64,000 bases of DNA from Psilocybe cubensis (taxonomy: Eukaryota): NCBI GenBank assembly GCA_017499595.2, contig CM039010.1, forward strand, positions 1,736,001-1,800,000, written 5' to 3'. The notes beneath the pieces were generated by a model. The model did no database searches and had not been told where the DNA came from. It worked only from the letters and a program-made list of their open reading frames with translations. How positions within the stretch are numbered: the stretch's first letter is position 1; every line of letters begins with the position of its first letter. This document shows positions 23,163-38,300 of this stretch, one piece after another. Both the position numbers and the translations under genes were made by a program.

Positions 23163-24971
23163 TGAGGAAAAACACAAGTTCTATAGGATGAGTGGTTCGG
23201 ATATATCCGGATATTTACTGCTGTTTTGTTCCATGGACTGCTGATTATTTTTAGTCGCGGACTGTCTGTACCTGCGATCATCCATCATCACTGCAAGTTT
23301 TCTCTATCAGCTCCTGCAGTGTTCCGCCAGGCTACTTATCTTGATGTTCTTTCTCCTCTTGTTTCCACAAACCTTAATCTTTCTGAACAGCCATGTTTTA
23401 TCTATTCCAGTTCCCCCTGATGATGGCCATCATCTGTCATGTCGTCGGGAAATAATGGATAAAATAATCCTCCTCGCCTTTCAATCCTTCAATACATTTG
23501 TAATGTGCATGTAGGAAAAAAGTAAAAGCTGACTTTCGACATATCATTGATTCGTGTTATGCGCTATGTTGGCAGTGGATAGCACGGAAGTGTGTTCACT
23601 CATGGAGTTGCAGACTTCAATGTAGCCTAAGCTTCGTCGCTCTATTTTCGACAGCCGCCTCCATGGAGATGTGATCGTACCAAGTGCACACCAACTATTA
23701 CCTCACGATCCGCGTGGCTCTGTCTGAATCTTAACTGTGCTCTAAAATTATACGGCGCTGAATGCAATCATAGGACGACCCTCTGTACTTCGAAGTTCGC
23801 TATCTCTACAGTGACATGCGTTTTGACCATCTCTGCAGAGGCGCGAACTTTTAATCGTGGCGTAACCTTTCCGTTGTCAGCTGTAATCAGTAACCTTTTT
23901 AGCTTTTTATAGCTTAAATTGTGTCAACGGGGCTAAATTTTGGTCAACGTTTTTAGGCTATATATTACCTCAGGCTGGTCGTCATAACTATACACAAGCC
24001 TGCTCTCCAACGGGTTATTTTTCGGACATGACACAATGAATCAATGACAAGGGAGCGTAGACAACACTTGAGGCCAAAGCTTTATGTTTTGTGCTGTACA
24101 TACCAATCGAACAATCTTGGATTTTGTGGAACCTCTCGACGGTGATGACCTCGTAGCGAATCCAGATTCATGTGTCGAAGCAATGACCTTGAAAAGATAC
24201 CTTGGTGCTTTCTATTTTCCATTGACGAAACGGAACAAGTTCAAAGGCGTCGGGGTGGCATATCAAATCCCTTCGGGAGGTTTCGCAGTACGACCATCCG
24301 CCGACATTCCCCAGATTTGATGACCACAAAAACATGTCTTCTCTTTGAACATGCAGGGGAATCTCAACCCAACTCTTGGATTCAGGACGATTCAAGTATT
24401 AATCCTCCCACGTATTTGCCAGAGGAGACTTCTAGTGGGCGAAGTTGACCCGTTGTATTCATAGACGGGGACTGAATTCCTAACTCAGTATAATTTGTCC
24501 GGGATCTATTAGAATTTCAACAACAGTAGGCCGATCCCTTGTTTTTTTGGTAAAAGCGCATTGTAAATCTTCAAAAGCAACTGTGTAATTAAGATTCTTG
24601 ATATTTCTGTGTGTTGATTATCATTTCTTCTCCTTGATTCTAAGAGAAATATATCAAGACACTGAGCAGGAAAAGCTGCTGACCACACTTTACCTTTCCG
24701 TAAATAAAAATCACATTGTACTTCAGTTGTTTCAATACACTCCTTGATACGAGAGGAAACAGAGGTGGTTCTCCGCCGATAATACGAACTCCATACCAAC
24801 CCCGCCGTCGACATGGCACCTTCAGTGGTAGTCATGAGATTTTGGGATAGAACCATGCAGTCACACTGTTTATATAGTTTTTGGGAATCTGTAGATTATA
24901 CTCTTAAAACAGTAAGAAAAGTACATGTGGTAGAAATCAAAGTACATGAAAAATTAGATAATGCCACCTCG

Positions 24972-26947
24972 CTAGCCTTCGGCGTCGAGCTGTATCAGCG
25001 TGCGAAGGCGGTAATAATGACGGGTCTTGGAATTTCGAAAGTCACAACCACTTGAATATCGAGCGGGATAAGATGGATCAACGTCTTCATCTTTCTCTAC
25101 ATTTAGGCAGTCGAAAGTAAGATACGCGACCGTCTTGCGGGCGGCAATGACTGTGCTGCGAAGCACATGGCTGCAACGGCCGATGGATAGACTGCGAAGG
25201 CATAGCCCGAACTTGCGGCGCTTGTTCAGACATGCGACGAGCACGTCGAGGAAACGAGAGTCGTCAAGATCGAAATGCGAGTTCACAGGTGCCCGCGCCG
25301 CAACCATGTACCCGCCACTTGAACAATCGACGTTTTGGAGATACAGATCGGCTAGCCGCGGGACGAGAAGGCGCTGGGCATCACCGTCTCCCTTGAGCCC
25401 TTGCCCGTGAGAGCGGGCGTTGAGTAGCAGAGCCCACACCAACCCGGATGGGGCTCGGCCTGTGATGTCCAGCACACGCAGAGACGGCAGCGTGCGCAGG
25501 AAGGGTGACCACGTCTTTTGCGTGATGATGTCGACGTCTTGCAGCGCCAGCGTGTGGATGTGGGTGAGTGGGAGCGCGCGCCAGATCGCCGAGAGTGCGG
25601 TGATGATTCCATGGTCGTTAGACGCATCACCTTGGTCAGGGGAGATGGTGATATCAATGGCGGCACCACCTCTGCTTAGCTCTGCGCGGAAAGCGCGGAT
25701 GCGTAGAGACTGCCGGAAATCAGGGTTAGGAAAGGGTACGGCGCTGTCTTTGTACCGTGGACAGTCGCTCTGGCTGCCTGAGATAACGAGCGTTTCTAGC
25801 GGCGAGTCGACGTCCTGCTCGCCCCATGAGTGCGAGCTTAGCGCTTCTGTGAGCTTCCATATGTTGCCTTTGATATCCGATAGGGTGTAGATCTTGCAGA
25901 CCAGATGAGTAGATGCAGGAATGGTGATACATGCAAGGATGTTGGCGATGTCGGGAACAGAGCCAACTAAAGAGATGCTCTCTAATCGGGGCAAGCGAAT
26001 AGGACGTTCCAAGGCTTTGATGTCATCCATATCCATATTTATGGGGAATGCCCGATCCAAGGTTAGGTATCGCAGCTGCTTGAGCTGTTCAAGCATGAAG
26101 AGGAAATAGCGGAGGGTTGGTCTCTCAGAGTGTGGAAGGTCATGGAGGTGGAAATGGGTCAGAGATGTACAGCGAGAGGTCAAAAGATAGAATGGGGCGT
26201 GGTGCAATTCGAGATATTTCAAGTTCGTTAACGGAGGCCCTGTCGTAGGAAAAGAAGGAGGACCGAACCCGCTTATGGGTCCATTGTTCTGTGGTATATG
26301 AATGTCGATTATAAGAGACTCTAGCGCAGGATTTGGATGCGCCAAAATATCTAGAAGAGGGTATATATTCTCAATGGAGGATTTAAGGTGTATGTCTTGA
26401 ATTCTGTGCGCTAGCTGCAGGCTACGATGCAATAGGCGAATATTATTCTCCGTAACAGTGGTGATGACGTGGATAGAGGACATCTTTGCGCGACTTAATG
26501 TAACTGCATGCCACCGCGGATCTGAAAAGTCGACGTATCTCCAAAAGTCAGGACAATCAAGAAGTATGCGTCGCCATGTCGAGCAAACATATGAAATATT
26601 GACCCAGCTCCAATCACTGTTCTCAAAATCTTGAGCGGTGAGCTGGGCGCAGGTTATAAATATGTTCTGCAGGACTTGTTCAGGAAGTGTGCATGCCAGA
26701 ACAGATTGATTGTGCCGCCTCAGCTCGTTGATATGTTGGTGTGAAGGTGTTAGATATCCATGTCGAAGAAAAGCCGTCTGGGCAATGGAGCGAGGTTAGT
26801 GCCGGTTAATTGAAATTCGAGGATCTAAAAACATACTGCAGCAATTTTGATGCGGGACGTGTTAAATGGACGTATTGATAGTACACCAGCACCGTGGGAC
26901 CCGAATGAAGTGTTGGGATCCGTCAATGATATAGTCTGCACAGGCAT
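24972..26947 (-). CDS. F-box-like domain protein with LRR/RNI-like repeats, 2 exons (26837-26947, 24972-26777)
   Basis: Extending ORF 24972..26483 upstream gives LPEQVLQNIF...WVNISYVCSTWRRILLDCPDFWRYVDF (F-box-like), followed by LxxLxL repeats. One 59-nt GT-AG intron has a CTAAC branch site. Confidence 0.85.
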
Positions 26948-27574
26948 GTTGCGTTGATGTAATCACCAGGATATGCGAATGATTTTCGAACTCAAGCAAG
27001 GTCGTAAATGAACGAAGAAGAAAGAAAAAGAACGAACGGGGTCGTAGAAGACGGACGAAGATCGAAAGGTGGAAAAGAACATGGACGCGGGCCTTATAAG
27101 GCGGTTTGTTATTGTGCGAGGCTACCATGCGCCCGTTTATGCGACGTCTACGAGAAGGGGGAGCATAATAGCAGAGATGAATGCGTGCCCACGATAACAA
27201 TAGAAGTAGGTGTCGGTGACCAAAAAGAGGTGGCGCAGAGGGCCACGAGACAATAAGAGACACAATTGTCCTTTACACACATCCTCGTATGTAGCTTATA
27301 GGATATATCGGTGACATAGGACAGAAATAACAAGAAAAGCCACCACAGGTCAGACGAGCGCCTCTGGACACATGTGTGTGGTCAGAGTCTGAGTTCAAAG
27401 TCAGCAATGCAGTGCTGGCAGGAATGTCGTGCCGTTGATCCGTCCATTACATAATTTCCCAAATCGATTGTCCTGATCGAGTCATCGGCAAGATCGTCTA
27501 CAAAATTCATAAGAGCCAATTGCGATCTTCACTTATACTTCACTTATATCCAAAACCTATCACCACTACGAACA

Positions 27575-29342
27575 ATGACATTAGACATTTTAAGCTTTAT
27601 CGACAGCAAGGGGGGGAACTCGGAGGAGATCCGCGAGTCGCAGCGGAAACGTGGGCACTCGGTCGAGTTGGTAGATGAGATAATCCAGATGTACGCTGAC
27701 TGGGTGAAGAGTGCGTATCTTGGTCCTAATTTATCGTGTATGGAAATTGTTGAGCGTGTATTGTGCGATAGTGGATTTCGATACCAATGTATTGAGGAAA
27801 AAAGTGAACGAGATTCAGAAACAAATATCGGCAAAGAAGAAGGTACACGCTAAGATTGAAGCCATATCGCCTGCCAATACTAACGAAACGGTTGATTTGG
27901 CTTGTTTGACTAGGCAAAGGAACCTGCAGACGACTTAGTCGCTGAAAAGAAAGAGATTGATGCCCAAGTTGAGGCTAAGAAGAAAGAGGCCAAGGAATTC
28001 GAGGCGCTGATGCGCCAGAAAGCCAGCACGGTTGGCAACATTGTTGGAAAGGACGCGCCTGTGAGCTTGACTGAGGTGCGATAACGTGTTCTTTTTGTGA
28101 ATACAATTTATTAATATGGACGGTTCATAGGATGATAATACTATAATTCGTATTTGGGATCCTACAGGCGAGGTCGCCGATCCTGCTGTACGAGAAGGTA
28201 TCATGCCTCATCATGAAGTCCTTCTCCGCCTCGACGCTATGGACTTGGATCGGGGTATGGTCTGATTCTTTAGAAGATTTCAATATTTCACTAATACAGG
28301 CCCGCACGTCATTTAGGCGCTAAAATTGCTGGTCATCGTGGATACTATCTGACTGGTGATGGTGTTGACCTTAACCAGGCCCTCATTTCGTATGGTCTTG
28401 ACTACCTGAAAACCAAAGGCTTTAAGAAAATCCAGCCTCCCTTTTTCATGGCCAAGGAACAAATGGCAAAGACAGCTCAGCTCGATCAATTTGACGAAGA
28501 ACTCTACAAGGTATGACAATCATTCTTTAGTTATCTTTGGTAATTAAATTGTGGTGCAGGTCATTGGCTCGGATGACGAGAAGTACCTAATCGCCACATC
28601 GGAGCAGCCTATCTCGGCCTTCCACTCGGACGAGTGGTTCGAGAGCCCGGAAACCCAGCTGCCTGTCAAGTACGCTGGATACTCGACGTGCTTCCGCAAA
28701 GAGGCTGGATCGGCTGGGCGTGATATGTGGGGCATCTTCCGAGTTCACCAGTTCGAGAAAGTTGAGCAATTCGTGATCACTGACCCGGAAAAGAGCTGGG
28801 AGATGTTCAACACGATGATCGAGAACAGTGAGGGATTCTACAAGAGCCTGGGACTGCGCTATCGCGTAGTGGGCATTGTTTCGGGCGCGCTGAATCTGGC
28901 GGCGGCGCAGAAGTACGACCTCGAGGCATGGTTCCCATTCCAACGGGCGTACAAGGAGCTGGTGTCGGTTTCGAATTGCACGGATTATCGTAAGTGCCGT
29001 TAGGAGTGATCGAGGAAATTTTTTGGTGACTGACACGTCATTTGGGGCAGAGAGCAGAAGACTTGAGATCCGCTGTGGATTGAAAACGAAAGAGCAGACA
29101 AGAAAGGTGTATGTGCATATGCTGAACGGAACGCTTTGCGCAACTGAGCGGGCACTCTGCTGTCTGGTCGAGAACTACCAAACACCCGAAGTACGTTATC
29201 TCTTGGTTATAAAGGGGCTAATAAACTGATGAGACTGTAGGGCCTTGTGATCCCCGAGGCTCTGCGGCCATACATGCAAGGTCGCGACTTCCTGCCATTC
29301 GTGAAGGAACTGCCCAAGGGACTGCAGAAGAAACAGGCGTAG
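27575..29342 (+). CDS. SES1: Seryl-tRNA synthetase, cytosolic, 8 exons
   Basis: N-terminal MTLDI...[14 protein letters not shown], class II motifs [52 protein letters not shown] and [12 protein letters not shown]. Seven canonical introns. Confidence 0.97.
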
Positions 29343-29461
29343 AATAGTCGTAGATAGAAATTACACAGCCACTGGTTCTAAGTATAACGTGCCAACATTT
29401 TGTGCGGGTGGCTGTGCTGAGCAACATATCCCATCTCTCTTGTGTGTTGACCACGTATGAT

Positions 29462-31924
29462 ATGAACTCGGACCTACCAAGTCACTCACTAGAGAAAAAG
29501 GCCAGGTCGCATGCCTCTTGGACCGGTCCCTTCTTAATACCTATCCCAGGCGTCCGTACACGTCGTCTCAGGATATATCTCCCCAATGCTGCGCCTCTAA
29601 TCCCCGTCAGACTCACCAGAGTTCGTCGGAAACGCGGCCCTCTGCTCATTCTTCTCGTCTGTCTTGCTATTCTATGTACTTTTACATTCACAAAAAAGTC
29701 CTTTCAACGGCCGACGTGGACAGAATCACCCTGGATACAGTCAGAACCATACGACCCTCCTACCCTCATTTTCCAGAGACCCCATCTGCAGCGCATATGG
29801 AAGTGGGAGGTCGCCAGCGGCCACTATCCTAGTCGTGAACCAAGTATGTGAACTCCTTACTCTGTCTGTTCGTTGTTAGAGGCTGACAGCTCAATCAAAT
29901 TCTTCCAGTACCAGCAGAAATTCGTCTCAGAGAAGCCCTCACCAATCCTGCTATACCCCGTCGGACTGTCAGCGGCAGGCAGAAACCGTATGTCGCGACC
30001 AGTGAAGACGGATATGTTACAGAGGCTATTGGAACAGGCGCGAAACGAGTCTATCTGGATATTCAAAGCCAGCCGCCCAATGTCGCCTACCCTCCACGTC
30101 CGGTACCTGGCAGTGTAGCCGATATGGATATAATCATGAAACATTGTGATTTTAGTAAAGGAAAGGTGCGTGTTTTTTGTTCCTGGGCGCGAGTTCATTT
30201 GTCCATAAACTATTATATACAGTATGTGCGCGACTGTTTGGAAATGCTACGTATCGGTGGTGGACTGGACAATGGGAACAGGTTCAGACGCGAGACTTTG
30301 GATGATTTCAGGTACATTTACATTGAGCAGCCTGATAACACTACGGTTGGATTGTCGGAGGAACGAGACCAAGCTCCCCTTTTCCGCAAATTGGCGCCTC
30401 CTCCAAGTCCCGACAGCGATATCAACGAAGGTTTGGTCAGGAAAGAAGGCGTTAATTGGGAGGCCGGCATTGATTTACCCCAACCTGCTGTATACCGCCC
30501 TACCAAGTCTCTTCCTTCGCCCTGTGATCCGGAAAACCCGCGCATCTTCCATATGTTCTGGACGGGGCCTTTCACCGACAAACCATATCTGGCGCTCTTG
30601 TCCTTCCTCTATTCCCAAAACACGGGCATACACCTCAAGAATTGGCCGGCGGATGCTAAAGTCTGTCGTCCTCAGTTTTGGTTGTGGATCAATCCCGGCC
30701 CAGCCGCATCAGTTCCCAATCCCAACGCCGTCCGGCAAATGTATAATCAACTCAAGGCAAACCCCTGGGCATCGCCTTTCCTCCATCCCCGCTTCAAGGA
30801 TGTTATTCAGTTCAAGATGTGGAACACAACGGAGCAACTTGATTCTATCCCAGAAATCAGAGACGAGTGGAAGATGTTCAAGAGCAATATGTTCAACTCT
30901 GGAGGCACCGTTGTCGGGCTTAAGGAAGATGTCGGTGCCTCAAATAGCACCGAGGGTGAAGAGGATGAAGAGAAAAAGGATGATGATCTTGCTAACCGTG
31001 CTGGCACGAAATCCGAGGAATCGTATGACAGGTTATCTGTCATTCTCTCGGACATGGCGCGATTTGTCCTGTGTCACCGTTTTGGAGGGATCTATCTTGA
31101 TGCAGACACCATCCTTCTTCGTGACTGGGAAGAATTGTGGGGCTGGACAGGTGGATTCGCATATCGTTGGTCGAGGCTGAACAGTTATAACACGGCTGTC
31201 CTGCGCATGAATAAGGGATCTGCTATGGGGACGTTCTTGTTCCGCTCGGCGTTGAGAGGGGGGTTGCATTTCCATCCAATGGCGGTGTCGAGATATACGA
31301 TAGATGCGCACTTAGAACCATTGTTGCTGCGCTTACCGGACGCGCTCTTCGACGCGGCATGGCTAAACACTGAAAATTACCAACGGGATCGACCACCTCA
31401 GCCATATTTCACAGAGTATGTATTTTATGTTCTTTTGAACTTTCGGGTTTCCATTAAGCGTTTCTTTTCAGGTTTAGTGAATTCTTTGAACCTTCTGCAG
31501 AGAAAGGCGCTATGCCTCATGCATTGGGTCTCCGTGGATTCTTCCGAGGATCCTATTCATACCACTTCCACAACTTCTGGTGAGTCGCAAGTCGAAGATT
31601 CTTGTCGTCAAAACTCATTGCATTCGTCGTAGGTGGAAACCCTTTGATCCTTCCCGCAACTTCCCAGACCTTGGACCCAGATTCAAGGACGGTGAAGAGG
31701 CTGCCCGCGCTGCGCTACGCAAAGAAAAATACAAAGCACTAGTCAAAGAACGTCTCCAGGCTGTAGATACAGCTACTTTGGAGCCATTGCCAAAGGAGAC
31801 TGACCTTAACGAAGAGGAGCCTGAACCACGGGATCTGAGCTGGTCAACGGTGATCAAACGGACTTTTGAGGCGTATTTACGTGGAGAGGCGCCGAATATG
31901 TATGGAGAGTGGATTCAGTGGTAA
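29462..31924 (+). CDS. Glycosyltransferase family 32-like (DXD) type II membrane protein
   Basis: N-terminal TM helix (PLLILLVCLAILCTFTF), IFHMFWTG, SDMARFVLCHRFGGIYLDADT (DXD) and YHFHNFW. Four canonical introns. Confidence 0.85.
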
Positions 31925-32493
31925 GGGCTTCACGATAGAGGGATTATGTTGATATTTTATATGATGGATTGGGGGTGCTTAGATGGATGGGATGGGTTGG
32001 GACGATGATTGACGATGCTTTGCTAACGCAAAATCTGGGTTACACATATGTTGGATATCATGCCTTGATATTAATTGCTCTTTCTTTCCGGTTATTCACG
32101 CCCTTGCTTCTTGTCGCTGCCGCATCTGCTGCCGACAACAGCTGACGGCAACGGCGACTGGCCAGGGCAACGGGACCATGGGGGGAGAGAACTCGAAGTA
32201 CATACTATATAACATAAAATTTATTGTACATGCCACCACTTACTAGGTTCTACATACTTTGTTGTTGTTGCCTGGGTGGAGATACCCTGTCTGTCTGTCC
32301 TTTTACTTTTTTTTTCTTGCTGTAGATTTTTCTTTCATTCTTAATGGGTATAACATGTTTTTGGGGCATTAGGATCCGAATGAGCAAATTTATTAAACAA
32401 AACAAACAAGGCCAACGTGTTCCAGCGGATCACGATCTACGTCGCGTCCCCCTCTCTTCATCCCCACACACTGATCCAGGCCATATTCAACAA

Positions 32494-33289
32494 ATGTTCA
32501 ATCTCATCAGGCGTATTTCTTACGGCGTCATTCCTCGGCCTGATAGGCCTTGGGAGGAAGATCGTGAGTGTTCTTTTTCGTCTTTTTTCATTTTTGATTC
32601 CTTGAGGACGCGCCTGGTTTTCGTTTCATTTCGTTCACTTCATTTCCGCCTCTTTTCGGCGCGTATATATTTGCATGGTGTACACAGACTGACTCTTCTT
32701 GGTCATATCAGCGACTTCCAATGCACCCCAGACGGGGCGGAAGCGTCGGTTAAGCTCCACAGAGCGGCACTCGCGAGACGACGCGGACCAGGCAAACAAG
32801 AAAGCGCGTGGGGAGAGTGCGACACCTTCAGTGGCAGACGCAGAGGGGTCTTTGATTGCTGCGCCCCAGGTCGATACACAAGAAGTGAAGGATGTCACTC
32901 AGGGCGTCAAGGAGGTCGATTTGGACGGCAAGGCATCTGCACCGTCAGCAGAGGAGGCGGCTTCTGCGCCTGAGAATGTGCCCCTTCCTGATGCAAAGTC
33001 GGGAGAACTCGATGAGCTGGCCTCGGATTCGGGTGATGCGCCTGCTGAGGTGGCTTTGGAGAAGGAGGGTGAAGGCGAGACTGTCAAGGAGACGGCCGAT
33101 GATGACGATGATGCAGCAGACAGCGTACAGTCTTCGTCAGCGGGCGAAGCTGCACTCCCTGAGGACGAGAAAGTGGCACAGGAAACTAAGCCAGCTGCGG
33201 ATGCACCTACTAACGAATTAACGACCGAGTCGCCATCTAAACAATATACTGGAGATGCAGACGCGACTGCCACGACGACAAAGGACTAA
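32494..33289 (+). CDS. Acidic, disordered hypothetical protein with NLS-like GRKRRLS, 2 exons (intron 32564-32711)
   Basis: MFNLIRRISYGVIPRPDRPWEED joins ORF 32699..33289 in frame through GTGAGT...CAG. Confidence 0.8.
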
Positions 33290-35351
33290 GCCAGCCACCA
33301 TACCCCTCGTTTCAACGAAGATTCCCGTTGTTTGGCCAACATGAAATGGTATCGTTTTCGGATGTGTATTTTTCCTTTCCCTCTCTTTTCTTGTCTTTTT
33401 ATTGTCTTTGTGTTTTTTTCTTGTTTGCTAGTTGACGTCGTACTCTCCTATTTCCATCCCTATTCCCCCAGCGCATACCCTAACCGAGACATTGCATCTA
33501 CGCTCATTTTCTTTTGGTTGGTCAATCGGAATCTCTTCGTATATAGCTCTATCTATTCCACTCCCTTGGTGTTTTCTGTTTTATCTTCTACTTATATAGT
33601 GTACCAACCCTACGCTCGCAAAATCCAAACCATTTCTTGACACATTTCTTGTATATGATCTGCTTGCTGTTTTGCTACTTCCTCTTGCCTTGCTATCTTG
33701 CTATCTTTGGCTCCGGTTCTTTGTATCGAACTTTGGCAACCTTGTACTACACTGGGATTTTGCACCTAGCGCGAATTATATGCGAAACCTTCATCGTTAG
33801 TCCTCCATAATGTTTATCGTTTCTCTTCTTATTCACCACACTCTTTCTCAGTGACATCTTGATACGACTTACACGGGGCGATAACTGCTGTCGCAGATGA
33901 CCAGTCCATCATTTCATCAGTTATCTTGCCGTCTGGCTTCCTGCATCCCTTCAGCATCACCTGACTGTGTCCATGAGTTTTTCTCCATATCTGCGTGGAA
34001 GCCGGCTGTTCTTCTTCCCTAAACTATTACTGTGAACATTGCGATGTGCCTATTCCTGCACAAGCTCGCAAAGCCACCTCGAATAGGGCTTCCAAACGTG
34101 TCTTTTAGGACACTCTTCCCACATATATAGGTGCATACGAAGAGCCCGTGAGCCCATTTGGTGTTTACTTGTCAACCTCATTGCGGTTGAAAGCTGACGC
34201 GTTCTGCACAGTCTGGCTTTCAGTTTAGACTTTGCCTTAGTAGACCTTGCGGTGTAAGTTTGATATCTGCAATGAAACTACTCCTAGGAGCCGGAGTTAC
34301 GTTGCGGGAAAAGTTCGCGGTTCCATTTCACTTCAAATCCAATATGGGTCCAGATGTGTTTACGAGAGTTACTGTCGGAGCATATACCCCGCAATCTATC
34401 TTTACCACTATCATGATATCGGCTATGCTGAGAGAATCCGACTCGACATTGTTCAGCAATAGCATTCTTCTCTTCTATGGTATCGTATTCTAATTTTACT
34501 CGTTACAAGGTCCGTCAATTTGTTGACCGTTTTCAATGAAACGTGCAAAACGCATTCATAGCGGATGACGGCATCACAAACTCGCCCCTCCATCTCGTAT
34601 ACTCGAGGATACTGGGTAAACATCTCTGCGGTTACTTTGAAACGAGGCTATCCTCGAAATTCGATCTTCGAATAAAAGGTCTAGAGTCCACTATTTGTCC
34701 AATTTGTGGAGCCTGAGTCTGACTGTGTTTCTTTTCTTCCAGTCTTCACGATTAATATACATTGAAATGGACCCCCGTATCTATAATGCACAGTCAATGG
34801 GTTCTTTGCCTCCACCTGAAAACACCTATCATCCGATATCCTGCCTCGCGCTAAGCTTGCTGATCATGAAAGTTGACACAACCTGCCGTCCCCATACAGC
34901 CTCGAGGCATGACGATACCTATTCTTAGTGGGAAATCGATAGCCTGCTGCTGCTGCGTAGGAGCTCCGACACGACAACGATGAATGAAAGAAAACCGGCT
35001 ATATAACGCATGCGTGCACATTAGAGGCTCATTTCTTTCCCCCTCGCTGCCTGCTGCCGTTGAGGAACACACAGCGATTAAGCTGCCTCTCGCAACCGGT
35101 TGTGCATAGTGCGCGTGTGTTGGGTCATTTACCGGGCGATAAGCGTTCGTCTACGCGCAGGCACGAACTGTAGTTCCACAAGTTGGACGCTCTGTTTCGC
35201 GTAGTCGATTCGATCCTCCTTTCTCTTTCAACCTTTACTTGCATTTCTTGCAATTTTACTTCTGATTCTTTCCTTCGATTCCTCATACATCGGTCTTTGC
35301 ACTTCCCGCCCTTAGACCAGCTCTAAGCTGACAAGCTCTGCAACATCTAAC

Positions 35352-38300
35352 ATGTTTTCGTTTCTCTCTCAGCTACGGCTGCCTTCCATAGGCATCGGAG
35401 CTCAAACCCAACTACAGGAAGAGGATGATGATGTCTCTTCTTCTGGGAGAAGCCTCACCCTTCCTTTTCCAGTTACCGAATCATCCACAAAGAAAACCGC
35501 GGCTTCAACGGCAGCCAAACGAGAATGGATGGCCAGCCATCCAATCGCCCCTTCCACTGCCGGTGCTAATGGGTTCAACATCAGCAAACCCATCCCACGG
35601 ACTGCGAATGCGTTGACGGCGTTCGACACAGAATTTCCGGCACCTCCGACAGGCCTTGGAGAGCAGGTGCATGTGTTTGGCCAAGTGCGACCTATTCGAG
35701 CGACTCCGCCGTTCTCTGGCGCTGTGCAAGGCCCAGCGTGGTATGAGCAGGACAAATCTAGTCCGCAGGCGTCGGTATCGCCCCCTCATATTGTCCGCAT
35801 CAACAGCACCATCGAAAGTCAGTCTATCAATGCAAACAAGCAGGCAGAAGGGGGGAGTGTCAATGTATGTCTTGTTTATTTTATGGATATCGATGGGTGG
35901 AGACTTATTGGATGATGCAGCCTCCTCCTTCAAGGCCTGTATACAAGTATACTTCTTACCCAAACCCATCGGCGTATGCGCAACCGTACCCCACCTCTGG
36001 AGGAAGCAGCGGTATTGCCTCTGCAAAGTCGGGCCAGATGCATTCCACGGTCGACCGGGACGAGCACGACAATGAAAGCGAACACGAGTTTTACACTTCG
36101 CCCTTCGACGACACAGACCCTTTGGGTGCCTTACCACCAAGCACCACTGGAAAGTCAAGTATGACCAAATCACGGTGGAACTTGAAGCTCCAACTCCATA
36201 GCAGCGGTGCGCAAAGCACACCTTCGCTCTTAGTAGGCTCTGGAACATCTCAAGCGAATCGGCTGCATGCACTACCCCACTTTGCGTCTCAGAACCCATT
36301 GAAGAAGGGAATTCCTTACGGTCACAAGGTTACACTGAATGAAGATGGTCAAATTTTGCCTGTCGACGTTGACACGGATGTATACAACAATGCATATAAC
36401 TATCCACTTGCGAAGCAGCTTTCTCCAATCGCAGAACAGGACTATACCTCGCCCACTACGGCTACTGGCGATACGGAGTCGAGGTCGATTTCTTTGAGGT
36501 TTGGCAAAGGTGGTGACGGCAATTTGTCCAAGGCTAGCCTTGGTACGGAGAGCCCGATTAGCGTCGCGTTGGCGGGCGCTACGAAGAAGGAGCAGGGTGG
36601 TGTGAGTGATGTTATGGAAAGAGAGCCAACGAGGAATAGGTCAGGGTCGGTGGGATCAATGGGTAACGGGCATAATCTAAGCAGAGCCGGTTCGATATCG
36701 AGGAGTATTGTTGTACTTCCTGGTTCTACCAATGGTAGTCCAATTGGAAGTGTGGGTTCGGAAATTACGCGTCAGTAACGCTTTTAACAACTATTCCATG
36801 TTTTCCTAGCTGATGCCAGAGGTTTTTATTCCAGGTCCATCACCTATACATGCGTCGCCGTTTATCACACGTCACCTGAATCGGACAGTCTCGCAGACAT
36901 CGTCCAAGTCTGACTCGCATATGCAAGGTCAGGTAACCCCGACTGCCGTCAATTTCCAAGGCCAGACTCCAGCGCCACCACGGGCTGTCGCCCAGCTTTC
37001 CACTGGTTCGATCCAAAGGTCGGCCACTGCTATCAACACCCCCAATGGCATTGCCTATGGACGAGAAACCATACAAACCCCCATTTCGGCTGGTACGACA
37101 TCTTCGACACCCACAGGGCCTTATTACACCCCAACGTCAACGTTGCAGACGCCTACTGTTGCGCAAGCTCCCACGCCTACCTCACCGTTCACTGCTGGCG
37201 GTATCGGTGTTGGTGCTGGTGTTAGTAGCGGCCCAGCGGTCACGTTGGCACCGCCGCCTGCAGCTGTAACGACGAACACTTTATATCCGACATATCCTGT
37301 TGGAAGCGTTGAAAGTGCAGCTTACCCGACAACGACGCCGACGCCGAGGTTGCCCAAGATCCCATCGATACCAAATATCCCGCCGTTGGATTTGAGATTT
37401 TCGTTGCTTGGTTCGGTTGGGCCTAGGGCTAGTCGAGAGATGAGGATGGAGAGGGTGGCGGCCTCTGCCGCTGCTGCCAGTGCGGCGCACAGGAGAAGTC
37501 TGGGAGGAGATGTGGAAAAGATGCCAGTTATCCCAGGAAGTGTGGAGGGTCATTACGAAGAAGAGAGCGAAGATGATTATCTAGAGGAAGAAGACGATGA
37601 AGAGGAGGAGGAAGGAGGTGAAGCGGAAGAAGATGATTCAGAAGAATACGATCGAGAATCGCTGCATGCCGAAAGCTTTGTGACTGCAGGCACAAATGAA
37701 GATGCGAATGTGGGAGGGGAAAGCAATGTTCATGATCCAGAGCTTGGCGTCGAGCTCTCGGACCTTGGAAAGCAAAGTCGAAGTGGTTCGCAGTCTACAT
37801 CAGGATCTCTTCATTCGCGCGCACCCAGTGCGTCTGCTCCGCTGTCCAGTTCTTCAAGATGCCTTCCGGCGACGACGTTGGAGCCAGTAGCAGGAACTTC
37901 TTCGGCACCAAAATCAGCTACTGGCGAATCGTTCATACACCGTCGATGGGACCGAGACGCCGCCCTAGGCTTCGGAAGCATCTCCTCCTCGCCCACTACA
38001 TTCCGTGCGAAAGGACAGGACTCGCGCTGGCCAACGCGCCTGTTTTCCACGACGTTCTTCTCATCATCCTCGTCACCTACCGCTACATTCACGCCGGCGT
38101 TCTGGGCATTCTGGCTGGGTTTCATTTGTCCTGTGCTCTGGTTGGTGGGCGGGTGGCACTTTACGAATGCGGGGGAGCTGCCGCCGAAGTATACAATGTG
38201 GGAATGGTATTTCTGGAGCTCCAGGTGGAGCATTGAGGGGTTCAAGGCAGGGCTGACGAGAATGTTTGCGTGGAGGTGGTTACCGTGGGTGAGGCGCGCG

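Noticed and set aside
30224..31180. 318-aa alternative-frame ORF inside the GT32-like gene
   Set aside because: No recognisable motifs. The other frame carries the DXD domain and fits the splice phases.
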